Shown here one piece after another: positions 1-13,249 of a stretch of 64,000 nt of DNA. The translations under genes were made by a program, and so were the position numbers. The notes beneath the pieces were generated by a model, which saw only the letters and a list, made by a program, of their open reading frames with translations, searched no databases and was not told the DNA's origin. Each line of letters opens with the position of its first letter. The stretch's first letter is position 1. Source of the DNA: Eledone cirrhosa (Eukaryota); assembly GCA_964016885.1 (NCBI GenBank), contig OZ024742.1, positions 209,622,001-209,686,000 on the forward strand, written 5' to 3'.

Positions 1-19
1 AATTATTATAAAACTTTCC

Positions 20-950
20 TCGGTAGTCTAATATAACGTATGTATGCTATATACATAACAACGTTTAATTCACTTTATATTGCATGATTCCCATAAATTA
101 TAACGGAATTGTTATTGTTCTTCTGGTACTAAACATGTCACTCAGAGTCCCTGAATCTTCCCAACTATCCAGTTGTAATTTAATCATATAAAAACATTAT
201 AGCCAAACGTGCATTTTAACTACGTGAAGTACTACAACTTCCCTCCTTATCAACTAACAATCTCTAATTGATTTAAACCATTTTCTTTTATGTTACAAGC
301 ACATATGTATAAAGAGAATACTATACTAATGGATATTTTGAAATGTCCCAGAGAAACCCCATTCATAACCAACTGATTTGAAATGGTTATTGATTATTAA
401 ATCAGAATGTCAAAATCATGACTATATACTCCATAAATAATTCTAAATGTGGAACCATTCTTAATGTTTATAATATTTAAATTTGATTCGAAAATATTAG
501 TGGTACTACAAAATGTTAAGAGTTGGGAGTTAATTCCCAGTTGTTATTTGCATGTCATTGTTATCAAGATATTAACTTTTATTGACCTGCCTTTAAATGA
601 TAATCTAACCATTCACTAACTTCATGTTTCCGTTTTGCTGCAAGGCAAATTTAAATGTTATAACAGAAAACAAAACCCCATGAGGAATAAATAATCCACC
701 ATGCTGTATAATAATTAAATATGTCTGTCTGGGGTGTCATACTTAATATTTTTAACATTTAAGCATGCTTCAAAACATTTAGTCATGTTGTTTAAATATA
801 GTTTCAGCTACAAATGGCAAGTTACAAATTATGACAATTCTTTTGTACAAAGGAAGACCAGCAAACAACCGAATTTTATAATTAATATGTGCTATTGTCA
901 GGGGAGTAGCACACCCGAATCCAAAAGGCTAGACGTTGGTCACATGAACA
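20..950 (-). pseudogene. Highly degenerate Penelope-like (possibly Naiad-type) reverse transcriptase remnant
   Basis: Minus strand shows, in the expected order but broken by stops and frameshifts: YKIRLFAG..CTKELS-like (~880-835), WWII (~700), SHDFDIL (motif A-like, ~420), TFGYNVF (~200), MG.H (motif B-like, ~90) and RYI(D) (~30). Confidence 0.3.
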
Positions 951-1351
951 TAGCAAATATAATAAATTCATTAATGTTTAAAACGAAAAATAATTCGATT
1001 AAATTTATTTTAATTGTTTTCCTTCTTACCGCGAAACTAACAGCCAGATTTAATTCCGGTTAAGTGTAAAGGTGTCTAAAATTCGGAATGCAGACAATAA
1101 GCGCCACAAGGTTTTTAGATTTCCCGAGAATGATTGGTGTTACACATACTGCTCTAAAAGAAAGTCTTGAAAATAGACGGAACTATTCAAAAGATATTTT
1201 CAGACACTTAAAGAAATACATTTCGATTTTAAAGATTGTGAGCAAGCTAAATAAGAACATAGCTAGACGCACAAAAGATGCCGACTGGTGATTAAATAAC
1301 AGAATAAATAAAGATACACATTGGTATATACAATTTTGTGAATATTTATAC

Positions 1352-1880
1352 ATGTCTCAATGTGCACTTGAACGAAGGGTATTGACCTTAATTGGGACCA
1401 AAACCGTGGTGATTTCCAAAGGTTGACTGAGGAGGTGGGATTGTCCGCCTTTCCTTTTTTCCGTTGTCCTGTGCGCTCCCTACTTTGAATATATATTCCA
1501 AAGACTTAGCCATGCGGGCATTTATTGGAACTATCATATAATAGACAAAGCACCATCCAGCCTGTTTTCCAATATTCTCGCTTTTTACGTTGTCTACGCC
1601 TCAGTGTCCTTCTTTGTCTGCACGTTGGACAACAGTCCTTATTCTATTCTGCTTTACTATTTCTCTTCTTTCTATAGTTTCCCTTGCACACTATATTTGT
1701 GTGATTTGCCTAAAGGCATAACTCGTCTCTACCTGTTTTGTTATGTCTCAATGTGCACTGGAATGAAGGAATCGATCTACAAATACCGAAACTGTCGTCA
1801 TTTCTAAAGGTTGACTTAGGTGGGGAGATGGGACAGCCCCTTTTTCCGTTGTTTTTTCCCTTGTCTTTGTTCTATTTTGA

Positions 1881-1885
<5 letters not shown>
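1352..1885 (+). repeat. Diverged direct repeat (period ~391 nt) with degenerate hammerhead-like cores; old PLE pLTR or retrozyme tandem
   Basis: atgtctcaatgtgcact...aaaggttgact...tttgaatatata occurs at 1352-1495 and 1743-1885. The second copy has TGA aggaat..atacc GAAA ctgtc GTC and ends in (TA)n. Confidence 0.5.
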
Positions 1886-1916
<31 letters not shown>

Positions 1917-2694
1917 TTAATGGTGGCTATGATGCTTCCATAGGCGGTATGCCAGTTGAGCACTCTATGTTCTTACAGAGCAGAGTGTGATATAATATAA
2001 AACGAAAAATCAGTGATACATCTGGACTCAGTTTATTGTGTGTTACAATTGTTTCGCCGGCAGATAGCTCGAGACACGATCATTGTGTGGATCTGTCTGA
2101 TTCTAGATCTGCAGGTTCTTCGGACACATGCAATACTTTCGGAACAAATGTTCTCACTGGGGTGTTAGCTTCAAAAAACATCTTCCTCTCTTGTCTTACT
2201 ATTGGCTGTTGTTTTCCTACGTCATCATAAATTTTGGTCAATATTTGCTGCCACACTGGCCATCAGCTTCTCTCCGTCAGACACACTTCAATGGACTCAA
2301 GCTGGGTTTGGTATTTCACAAGTCCGCTCACACACACACATATACCCACACATACACACACGCGCGCACACGTACATATATACGCATACACATATGTACA
2401 CACGCATATGTACGAATATACACCCGCATAGATATTCATACACATTCTCACTCACACCCACACCCATACACGCCCACGTCCATATACATACCAACATACA
2501 CGTCCACAGGCGCCTGCCTATATGGCCTTGTACATCCGCTCTCGCACACGCGCATACACACACACACATACACGTAAACGCATACAAGGACACATATCTG
2601 CGTACGCGTACATTTACTCATATACACAAACATGTACAGACATATACATAGACACACACACGCACATATACACATAGATAGATAGATAGATATG

Positions 2695-3185
2695 TTTCTT
2701 TATTAGCCACAGGGGCACAAAAGAAGGGGACAAATACAAAGGGGGAAGTTTACATACAATAAAAACGTGTAAAATGTCATCACAAATGCAATTTAAAAAG
2801 TTAGTCGATTTTCCCAATAGGGGAGAGAGTTTATATGGGTAACACATAGCCCCGAAAAAATGTGCAACCCTCATCTCCAGGAGTACGAAGAGTTTGTACT
2901 CCTTTCCTCTCCTCCTCCTTTTCTTCAACCTACAGGCTGATATAGAGAGAAGGCCCATTCACTCGGGCCATTCTCGCCACTTTCACCCACCTTTCATAAA
3001 ACTTGCTGGGGTACAGCACCTCTCTCTCCATCCTGATTCTTCTTCCAAAGTGGTATTTGAAAAAAAGAATCAGTTGTTGGCCGGAGAGAAAGGTGTCTGA
3101 CCTCAGCCCTTTCAACCTTGTCCACCATACAACCTCTTTCGCCATAGCTATCACACAAAGGAAAACCGCCTCTCCTTCGTTTTTG
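2695..3185 (-). mobile_element. 3' fragment of a Tx1/L1-clade LINE
   Basis: ORF 2930-3235(-) reads FLCVIAMAKEVVWWTRLKGLRSDTF, matching the C-terminus of the LINE at 42265-42582 (FLCLVAVAKEVVWWTMLNGLKTDTF). The 3' UTR ends with gtggctaataaagaaa next to (GATA)n. Confidence 0.7.
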
Positions 3186-3199
3186 ATAGATAGATAGAT

Positions 3200-3236
<37 letters not shown>

Positions 3237-3416
3237 CATATTTATATGTATACATACATACAGATATATACAAAATATATACATACACAAGCGCGCGCAC
3301 ACAGATATTTATATTATATATATATATATATATTTCTTTCTTCTCGTGTTTTATATATATATATATAAATATACACACATATATACACATATATATATAT
3401 ATATATACACACACAT

Positions 3417-3465
<49 letters not shown>

Positions 3466-4117
3466 GGGGGAGAGAAAAGTGAGAGAAGAGAGAGTTATTT
3501 ACACACAAATAGAAACAAAGAAGGCGAGAGATTAAAAAAGAAAACAAGTCTGTTGAGATGGAAAGCTAGAAAGTTAGTGACAATGGTGGACAGGTAGACA
3601 GATAGAGAGAGAGAGAGAAATAAAAACCAAAACGCATCATTTCAAGACTGTTTACTTTGTTTCTGTGATTTAATGTGTTTTTTTATTACTTTTTAATCAA
3701 CCACCTAATTTCATTGGCATGATGGATTGTCCCAAGAGATACACACTGATGTATTGCAATGCTAAAATCGACAGTTTCCGATTTCCTCAACACACAACAC
3801 CATTACACCATCAGCTTTGCACACATAAACATATACATATATGTATACATATAGATGATCGTATCTATCTGTGTTTGTAATATATATATATATATATAAA
3901 GTGACAGCATATACATATATGTCATTGTCTATCTGTATGTGTAATAATATATACACACATATATACATATACGTATATATATCATGCATATGTATATAAT
4001 ATATATATATATACATACATATATTACATACATACATATAAACTTATATACATACTTATAAGTATCATATATATACATAAATATATATGTATGTATATAT
4101 TTTATATATGTATATAT

Positions 4118-4185
<68 letters not shown>

Positions 4186-4399
4186 CATGCGTATAAAGAT
4201 ACAAATATTTACATCCACTATTTCAAAATACTCTAACAGTCCTCAGACAGATTGGAACTGGCTTTCTCGACATATAATCTATTAATTTATCTAGTCGACC
4301 GTGAAATAACTCCCACGGGAAGCAGGCCGATTTGTAAGGGTGCCTGTGATGTACTTCGTGTTGGAATATATCAAACAGATCATCCTATGTATATTTGTA

Positions 4400-5000
4400 T
4401 ATGGTGGCTGCCAACTCGTTTTCGAGTATGGCCACTACTTTATATCCATGTAGGAGAACCCCTACCGGTGCGCTGAACGAGTGTGACTTTTTAGTCCAGC
4501 CAGCTACTTGAAAACTCTGGTACAAACACTACACCTGTGACAATTATTGACACATAGTGCTGGGCCCATGGTACCATGTGACGACAAGTTCAGAGAGATC
4601 TCCAGATATAAAGCAATGCCTGTGCCGTGAAGCTTTTATAGTGAGTAAAGGCACTCACAGTCCCACTCTCTCAACCAAGATGATATTTACCAAAAAGAAG
4701 AACAAGTCAACATCATTGGATACCATCAGGGTTGCAGGTGTTATATCAGAGTTTTCCTTCTCCTAGAATTGTGCCTTGACAAAGGTTAAGGGGTCATCTC
4801 TCCCGATGATTTTGGATGGCCATTGACTCTTAAGAGCCCTTTTGCTCTTTGATAGGTTTTGTTTTAGTCCTGCAGGATGTCCAAAGTCACCCTCCTCACC
4901 AAGAAACCTTGGTGGGGTTGCCAGTTTAGTCGCCAACAACGCGACCATGGGACGGGTTGTACTGGGATACATGTTACCAGTAGCACCAACTGGTGACCTG
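4400..5000 (-). mobile_element. Interspersed repeat resembling the 5' UTR of an RTE-clade LINE
   Basis: Close reverse-complement match to 30538-31145. Contains the aggagaaggaaaactctga motif that I associate with RTE 5' UTRs. Confidence 0.55.
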
Positions 5001-5117
5001 ACATATATATGAACACACATATATGCACATATATACATATATATCTATATATATATATATATATATATAATGAAATGACAGGAGGCAGGATTTGTGTAAA
5101 TCCTTGAAAGGTTTATT

Positions 5118-5175
5118 ATACTATGATCATTTCAATGACCGGGTTCCGTATGAATCCCGTGATATCATCAGGTAT
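5118..5175 (-). ncRNA. Type I hammerhead ribozyme (family A, minus arm)
   Basis: Reverse complement of 5271-5328. Confidence 0.75.
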
Positions 5176-5270
5176 TCGAAATATAATACGTGAATGTAAT
5201 AGATAAAATCCATGAGGCTGAAAATCAGCCCCATGGATTTTATCTATTACATTCACGTATTATATTTCGA

Positions 5271-5328
5271 ATACCTGATGATATCACGGGATTCATACGG
5301 AACCCGGTCATTGAAATGATCATAGTAT
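5271..5328 (+). ncRNA. Type I hammerhead ribozyme (family A)
   Basis: atac CTGATGA [stem II ..cgggattc atacg gaacccg..] GAAA TGATCA TA gtat. Stem I is atac/gtat; stem III is the palindrome TGATCA. Confidence 0.75.
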
Positions 5329-5523
5329 AATAAACCTTTCAAGGATTTACACAAATCCAGCCTCCTGTCATTTAATTATAATATTTAACTCCGTAATAGC
5401 ACCACCAACTACAAAAACAAAGACGGTTGAACTGCTTTACGTTGAGTAGTCTCTATATTACTACATTACGATTGACCATACGGAATAGACCAGCTCTATA
5501 CAGTGGTGAACCTCAAACCTGAA

Positions 5524-5581
5524 TATATATATATATGTATATGTGTATGTATATATGTATATATATATATATATGTGTATG

Positions 5582-5613
<32 letters not shown>

Positions 5614-5666
5614 TATATGTGTATGTATATATATATATATATAATGTGTGTATGTATATATATATG

Positions 5667-5700
<34 letters not shown>

Positions 5701-5718
5701 CATGTGTGTATGTATATA

Positions 5719-5782
<64 letters not shown>

Positions 5783-5997
5783 TGTATGTATATATATATG
5801 TATAAATATATATATATATATGTGTGTGTATATATATATGTATAAATATATATATATGTGTATGTATGTATATATATATGTATAAATATATATATATATG
5901 TGTGTGTATGTATATATATATGTATAAATATATATATATATATGTGTATGTATATATATATGTATATATATATATGTATATATATATATGTGTATGG

Positions 5998-6038
<41 letters not shown>

Positions 6039-6161
6039 CATATATATATATATATACATATATATATACATATAAATATATATATATACATATATATATA
6101 TACATATATATACATATATATATATATACATATATATATATACATATATATATACATATAT

Positions 6162-6222
<61 letters not shown>

Positions 6223-6237
6223 TATATACATACACAC

Positions 6238-6268
<31 letters not shown>

Positions 6269-6380
6269 GATATATATATATATATATATATACATATATA
6301 TGTATATATGTGCATATATGTGTGTTCATATATATGTCAGGTCATATATATCTATATATCTATATATATATATATATATA
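5524..6380. repeat. Degenerate (TA)n array, G-interrupted on the left and C-interrupted on the right
   Basis: tatgta-type interruptions dominate to ~6010 and tacata-type interruptions after ~6025. Confidence 0.95.
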
Positions 6381-6530
6381 CATTATTTACGCACCGAGAG
6401 AGAGAAAAAACGGGGAGGATAGGTGATACATAAAGTTATTTGTCAAGTTTTTTGCGAGCAATTAACCTTGACGTGGATTTAACCCAAAAAACTCTTTCCG
6501 AGCAATGTAAGGAACACTTTTGATTGTTTA

Positions 6531-6571
6531 TGCCCTTGAGAAGCCCAACTGGGCGAAACGTACGTAGGTGC
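6531..6571 (+). ncRNA. Type I hammerhead ribozyme variant (U3-A8 core) in a short pLTR-like fragment (~6385-6627)
   Basis: gccc TTGAGAA gccc-aact-gggc GAAA CGTACG TA ggtgc. The fragment is flanked by (TA)n. Confidence 0.6.
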
Positions 6572-6625
6572 TGTTTTAAATAAACATGTTTTAATGGTCT
6601 GTTCTCCGATTTCTTACTTTCCCAC

Positions 6626-6662
<37 letters not shown>

Positions 6663-6694
6663 TATTTATATATGATAAACACATATATATCTAT

Positions 6695-6730
<36 letters not shown>

Positions 6731-6734
<4 letters not shown>

Positions 6735-7357
6735 AATCCTTTATATTTAATAATCTCCCGTTAGGTTGAGATGCAATTTGGCTGTATTGGGCTGCGCTTT
6801 CTAGCAATAAGCCTACTAGCCGTAAGCAACTAATCACATCCTTTCTAACTTGACCGCTGCCACGTCACGATCCTTAGCCATTTTTGAATGTATTCTTGGC
6901 GTGATCACTTTGGAAAATTAATTGTCTAAATTTGAGCTAACTTCCTGATGAATCCGGAGCTCTAGATACCCCATGTTATCGGATATCTTAAAATGCGGGC
7001 GAAACCATGGTAGAGGTAATTAAATATGTACACATTTCTTCTAGTTAATTTTTTACACCTAATTCTGTTTAGTTGACTGTATATCTGGTCGATTTATACA
7101 TGCTGTAGAAATGTTCGATAAATACTCCGTCGTAACCACCGCGAAGGGGCTGCTTTCGGTTATTTGTCGGAGATTTCTTCATAGGAGCCTTTATTCTTAT
7201 AGCTTGGTCTAATTGATTTTTATATGGTTAATTATGCTAATTGGGAGAGGAAACGGTATATATTTTATCTAGTGATTCTATAGACATGTTTTATGATATA
7301 TAGCTCTGATTATTTAAATTATTAATTCTTCATTGAGCCACAAAGTGACCCGTTGCA
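6731..7357 (+). mobile_element. PLE pLTR-like fragment carrying a hammerhead
   Basis: Unique sequence embedded in (TA)n, with an HHR at 6941-7016. Flanked by the duplicated sequence aaacacatatatatctatgactttat (6677, 7358). Confidence 0.6.
6941..7016 (+). ncRNA. Type I hammerhead ribozyme
   Basis: cttc CTGATGA [long stem II] GAAA CCATGG TA gagg. Stem I is cttc/gagg; stem III is palindromic. Confidence 0.65.
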
Positions 7358-7375
7358 AAACACATATATATCTAT

Positions 7376-7431
<56 letters not shown>

Positions 7432-7502
7432 CTTTATATATATATATATATATGTAAACCTTTATATATATTTATATATATATATATATTTATATATATA
7501 TC

Positions 7503-8071
7503 AGTATGTAAACGTACATACATATATGTATACAGACGTACAGTAGTATGTATACACATACATACATGCACATATATATATATGTACGTATGGGTTTACC
7601 GAACATTTATTATAATGCTCGGTTTGTTTGTAAAGAAACAGCCCGAATTATTAGCCGTACAGTGTTCGGCAACCATCGTTGTCCTTTTGTTTACGGTACA
7701 CCCGACCGACTAACACCCTCGATATGCAAATTGGGCTGCTCAGCCGTTAATATGCATAATTCAATTGACTGACAGGATGGTATACGGTGCTGATGACAGC
7801 TAATAAGCTAGAAACAAGTTCATCGTTCCTTTGTCACTGTTGAACAAAAGGGCAACGATGGTTGCCGAACACTGTACGGCTAATAATTCGGGCTGTTTGT
7901 TTACAAACAAACCGAGCATTATATTAAATGTTCGGTAAACCCATACGTACATATATATATATATGTGTGCATGTATGTATGTATATACATACTACTGTAC
8001 GTCTGTACACATATATGTATGTACGTATACATACTTATATTTAGGTATCAGCCGTACTAAGAGTGAGAAAT
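7503..8071. mobile_element. HHR fold-back element, family C, copy 1
   Basis: Inverted arms 7503-7691 and 7842-8035. The spacer carries the HHR. Right-hand tail runs to 8071. Homologous to 31794-32571 and 36007-36250. Confidence 0.8.
7785..7825 (+). ncRNA. Minimal type I hammerhead ribozyme (family C)
   Basis: cggtg CTGATGA c agct-aata-agct a GAAA CAAG TT catcg. Confidence 0.7.
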
Positions 8072-8077
8072 GTGTGT

Positions 8078-8113
<36 letters not shown>

Positions 8114-9052
8114 GTGTGTGTGTGTGTCAGTATATATATATTATGCACACACACACACATATATATATATGTGTGTGTACGTTATTTCTCGTATCATCCC
8201 AATCATCAGGTGCATCATTATCATTATTTTCTCACCAATTTTTTATATTGCCATCACCTTCAGCGTCATCATCATTATCAACACCAGCACTCGCTCAATT
8301 AGGTTTCCATTTGAAACTTCCTAAAGAGGAGAAAGCATAAAAAGACAGCGAATGAAGACTGAAAGAAAGACAGAAAGAAAGAAAAGAAGAAAGAAAGTAA
8401 GAAAGAAAGAAAGAAACAGAAAGAAAGAAAAAAGAAAAAAAAAGAAAGAGAAAGAAAGAAAGAAAGAAAGAAAGAAAAAATAAAAAAATAAAGAAAGAAG
8501 TGGAAAGTTATGTTTACATATGTGTATATATGTGTGCTCATGTGTGAATGTGAGTGTGTAAGAGATAAAATAAAACGCCATATAGAGAGAGAGGCAAAAG
8601 TGATAAAATGAAAAATCGATCAATAAGCACTTACAATATGGTATAATCAATTTAAGTAAAGCTGTTGTCACTTCTTTCTCAAAAAAACATACCTGATTCT
8701 GATTCATTGCCAACTTGAGCTGTTCCAAAGACCACACGATTATTTTGGATGGGATTCAGCCATTACATGATGATGGTGTGTTTAAAATGGGAAGCTATAA
8801 CTCCGTTATATACAGAAAGAAACCTGTCTGAACTAAAATAAAGTAATAACTTGTGTGGCATAAATTCCAGAAACGAATTTACTGTTTGGCCCCCAATGCC
8901 ATATATTTTTCTTTTTCTTTTATGAAGTAGTGCCTAGCATAGAGAGTGTCAGATTCCGTTGTCGTTGATGGCGACCCGAGCCGACAAGACAGGCGTCTAA
9001 ACACACCAACCACAAATATTTGGCCACCACCACCATCACCACCACCACCACC

Positions 9053-9106
<54 letters not shown>

Positions 9107-9381
9107 GTCGTCGTCGTCGCCCTCATCGTCATACTACACTAGGTAATGAATATTCTCGGCTGTTTAACAAATGTATATGCACAGTACTTAGCCGATGAAA
9201 TATAAAGTTAGAACATGGCCGTTATATGACCGTAGGTGTTGGCATTTGTATCATTAGTGGCAGTATATTAAAAATAACATAAGTTCGTGTAAAGTGAGGG
9301 AGACTTCTCCGAATAAATAGAATATTTATAACTGGAAAATTGTAAATGAAGTTGTAGATAAAATCTATTTTCCTTGTCTAT

Positions 9382-9717
9382 GTATTTATGGTCCTGTAAC
9401 TCCTGATAGAGTCGTAGGAGCGCCGTATTGACATACGGCGTTTCTTGGGCATTTTTAAGCCTGGCGGAGCCCATCCCTCTCCAGGCCTGAGTACAGCAGA
9501 TTTCTTCCAGAGAAAGATAGAAAGTGAGAGAGAGAAAATGAGAAAGACATATAGCGGAAGAATCGACCCCAGTAGTAGACTGGTATTTTTTATCGACCCC
9601 AAAAGGATGAAAAGCAAAGTTGGCCTCGGCAGGATTTGAATTCAAAAAGCAGAGAGCCGGAACGAATACCGTAAAGCATTCTATCCGATGTTCTAACGGC
9701 TCTTCCAATTCGCCGCC
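9382..9717 (-). mobile_element. tRNA-derived SINE with target-site duplication
   Basis: Minus strand has a ggcggcgaattgg..ttcaaatcc (A/B-box-like) head and a tttcatcc..ggggtcgataaa core. Flanked by ctattt(t)ccttgtctat at ~9365 and ~9717. Relatives at 40425 and 48640. Confidence 0.8.
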
Positions 9718-10639
9718 TATTTCCTTGTCTATATACATGTACCAAAGTATGTTTTAAAATCGGGCGCCTAATTTTCAATTAGATTTTTTTTCCTTTATCG
9801 AGAACTGAAACGCGTCAAATTTGTTAAAGACTGATAATAGAAAGAAACAGGTTACAGTGTCATCCAGTGGCAGGAAAGAGTATATCTTGACTCATCACTG
9901 TCATAAAGTGCGTAGCTGGTACCTGAACGATTAAATAATGATACGCAAGTTTCTTCAAGAGGAAACTAACAAAATACATGTGCAATGGAAGAGCCAAGAT
10001 TACTAAACGTTGTACATATGTGATAAGGAATTTTATAAGTGTTATTTTGTTTTACATTTATATATATTTTTCTTTTTTCAAATAAAATTGTTAGTCTAAG
10101 AATTCCTAAATTAATTAATTGAAATGTTTATCTCTATTGTAAGCACTTGTAGCTTCAGATGCTGACACTGGTGGGTGGTCTTCTATATCTATTTCCAGTC
10201 AAGTAAACTCGATCCTCATGGCACCGGAAACAATCTTCAAATAATTGGAGAAGGTGGAACTTAGAAAGATTATGAGCAATTGAACGAAGAAGTAAGAAAC
10301 GTCAAAGTTGAAATGATGACAAATAGAGACAGATGAGCTGAGAAGACTAGAATGTGCCGACTATGAAAGAAAGAAACAAAAGAACGGATATAAAATAAAC
10401 AAATAGAATAGAAAAAGTGCTGTTCATTATGTAAATAATGTAAAGTATGGGAACAATATACATTTCGGGAAAAAAACAGAAAAGAAAAGGAGTGACTGTG
10501 AGAAAATGTAACACATGTTGCAAGTAAGGAGTTGAGAATACTGGGGAAAGGTGTGGGCAGATGTGAAAAGGAAAAATATACAGGGGAAAGATAGGAAACT
10601 TTGAGTGAACTAGTCAGAGGCTGGTTTTCTTCTTCCCTT

Positions 10640-11590
10640 CTTCTTCGCCGACTACTAATTCTTGAGAGGGTCGTGATGATAGAGTCCTCAAACACTCCTT
10701 TCAGCGCAACCGTCTCCAACTGGTCCGGCTGGATCCTCAAGCGATACCAGCCAAGCTCAGGTCTACCCTGCCAGGCGTAATACCACTTCGAAACTGGCGG
10801 TGCATGTCAATCCTGTACATGAAAATAATGAACAGGAGAGGTGACAGTACGCACTATTGGTGGATTCCGACATCCCTCATTAAATGGTTTCGATTTAGCA
10901 CCATTTATTCGAACACAAATAATCAGGCATTCGTGTAGAGACATCGGGGCAGCAAGAAGCTGGCCTTCAATCCCATACGCCTGCAGAACCTTCCACAGCA
11001 AGCCCTGTTGGAAGCGGTCATTTGCCTTTTCGGGGTCTACAAAACAAGAATATATCTGCTGGCAATAGTCCCATAATTTCTCGAGGACCTGCCGCAGTGT
11101 GAATATTTGGTCGTCTGTGCTAAGTACGGGGCGAAAACCTGGTCACAAGCTAGGTGGGACTCGACAATCTCCCTACAGCTCTTTGCCAGATACTTAGTAT
11201 AGACTTTACCGGAGAGGTTTAACAATGATATTCCTCTGTAATTGGTACATTCTCTCTTGTCTTTCCTTTTAAAACATTGGGATTATCACCCCCAATTGTC
11301 ATTGCTTAGGTGCCTCTCCAGAGATTAAAGTTACCCGGCAAACAGGAATCAGCCAGAGAATACTTTCTTTATTTCATCTTCTCCGGGGGCCTTGCCACAT
11401 TTGAGCTCTTTAACTACCCTTGTGACCTTAGCATCAGAGAGATTAGTGAGAGCTCCTGATGCACCTTGTGTACTTCAAAATATGCTGTTATGATCGGGTT
11501 TAGGAGACCAGAAAAGTATTCTTTCCACCTCGCGAGGAGACACCATCTGAAGAAAGGAGAACCCCAGACGCGTTCCTAATATGAGGCTGA
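10640..11590 (-). mobile_element. RTE-clade LINE RT fragment
   Basis: Minus-strand peptides include KCGKAPGEDE, YRGISLLNLSGKVYTKYL and LWKVLQAYGIEGQLL; frameshifted. A related fragment lies at 55745-55935. Confidence 0.75.
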
Positions 11591-12173
11591 TTTTCTGTGA
11601 TAGAAAATTTAGACATTAAACATGTTAGATTGTCGAAGATAGAAAACACTGTAGCATATATAATATCATCTAGGGATAAAACCTACTTTAAAAGATGAAA
11701 TAAATACGTAAACATAAACATTATTTTATAATAGCTGAGAGTTTCAGGAATTACACACGGAACACAGAACTTGCGGACATTTTTCGTTATCAAATTCAAT
11801 AGCTGATATTTTCAATGAATAAAATTGCTTTCTTTTTAGACAACTTCGAATATTGAGATGAGAAGATAAGGGGATCGGCTTCTATCCGTATCAGCTATAC
11901 AACTAGATTCTTGAACGACAGCTAAAATCTTTTGTTTTTGATGTTGTAAGAGAGACATATTTGTTCACGTCAAAATAACAAAGTGAAGAGAAACAAATCA
12001 ATACGATAAACAATACGTTAAGCTCTAATCTGATGAATTTATCATGGTTAATCAGAAGACAATGCCTGTTAATATTTTCAATCAGTCAAGTATTCGCTAT
12101 TGAAATGACCATTATCAACCCGCCAATATCCCAACATTCACATATATGAGTCACTGTCCACACATACACATAC

Positions 12174-12226
<53 letters not shown>

Positions 12227-12227
12227 T

Positions 12228-12290
<63 letters not shown>

Positions 12291-13249
12291 TTTACATATA
12301 CGAAAATGTCTGTCTGTCTGTATGCAGGCAATGCATTTCCATAGTTTCCATCCGATTTCGTTCAAATTTAATACATAGGCTATTTAGCTTCTGGGACATG
12401 TCAATATATAATTTAAATAATGTTCTCCCTAAAATAGCATAGTTCTGTGTCTATTTAATGACTGCCATATTGAGGACAAAGGGCTTCTTTATTTACAGTG
12501 GCCAAAGGTGTGCCCACCAACGTCGGACTCATTTTTTTAAATAATATATAGACATATATGTGCACGGGCGCGTGTGTGTGTACGTATATATGTAAACATT
12601 TATGTAAATGTGTGTGTACATATATATATATTTATAATTATGAATATTTATATATATGTGTGTGTGAGTATGCAAATGTAAACGGAAAACAATACAATGA
12701 AGAAACAATACAATGAAGATATATATTTCTTTAACGCTTGATATAGGAAAAGAGTTTCGGATACCAGTCCTTCACCAGAAGATAGAATTTAAAAGAAAAG
12801 AAGTAAAAAGAGAGAAGAGAGTAAGAATAAAACGGAAAAAATATTGGGAGGAAGTAAAGGCATACGTGTCAGAAGGCATCTTAGATATTAGAGAGCTTTT
12901 GAAAAATATATTTTGAGTAGACACATGTGTGTATGCGTGTATGTATGTGTGTGTGTGCTCGCACACGCGTACATGTTTGTTTGTCTGTGCCAAGCTCTGA
13001 GTGGATGTGCGTTAGACCGTGAAAAGAATGGCTGCAGCTGAGATTGCTAAGGTGTGGTTGCACGCAAGTATGAGGTGACCAAAGCCGGGAGGTACCAGTG
13101 GCGTGGGGTAACCTGGAAAGCAGGGCATGCAGTCCAATCGCCATGGCGAGAGGTTGGGCTGTGCAGCCTTACCCCCCCCCCCCCCCCCCCTCTACCCAAT
13201 TCCCTCTAAATGACCCTCCCGGTCAAAGCCGCAAGTAGTGTTATCTAGT

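Larger units (their letters stand above)
5066..5523. mobile_element. HHR fold-back element, family A, copy 1 (PLE pLTR/retrozyme-like)
   Basis: Near-perfect inverted arms 5066-5221 and 5225-5380 with a 3-nt loop. Extra tail 5381-5523 on the right arm only. Flanked by (TA)n on both sides. Same family as 33085-34455. Confidence 0.85.

Noticed and set aside
12713-12916. Short lysine/arginine-rich ORF as a host exon
   Set aside because: No recognisable domain or supported splice structure, and the composition is explained by purine-rich low-complexity sequence.
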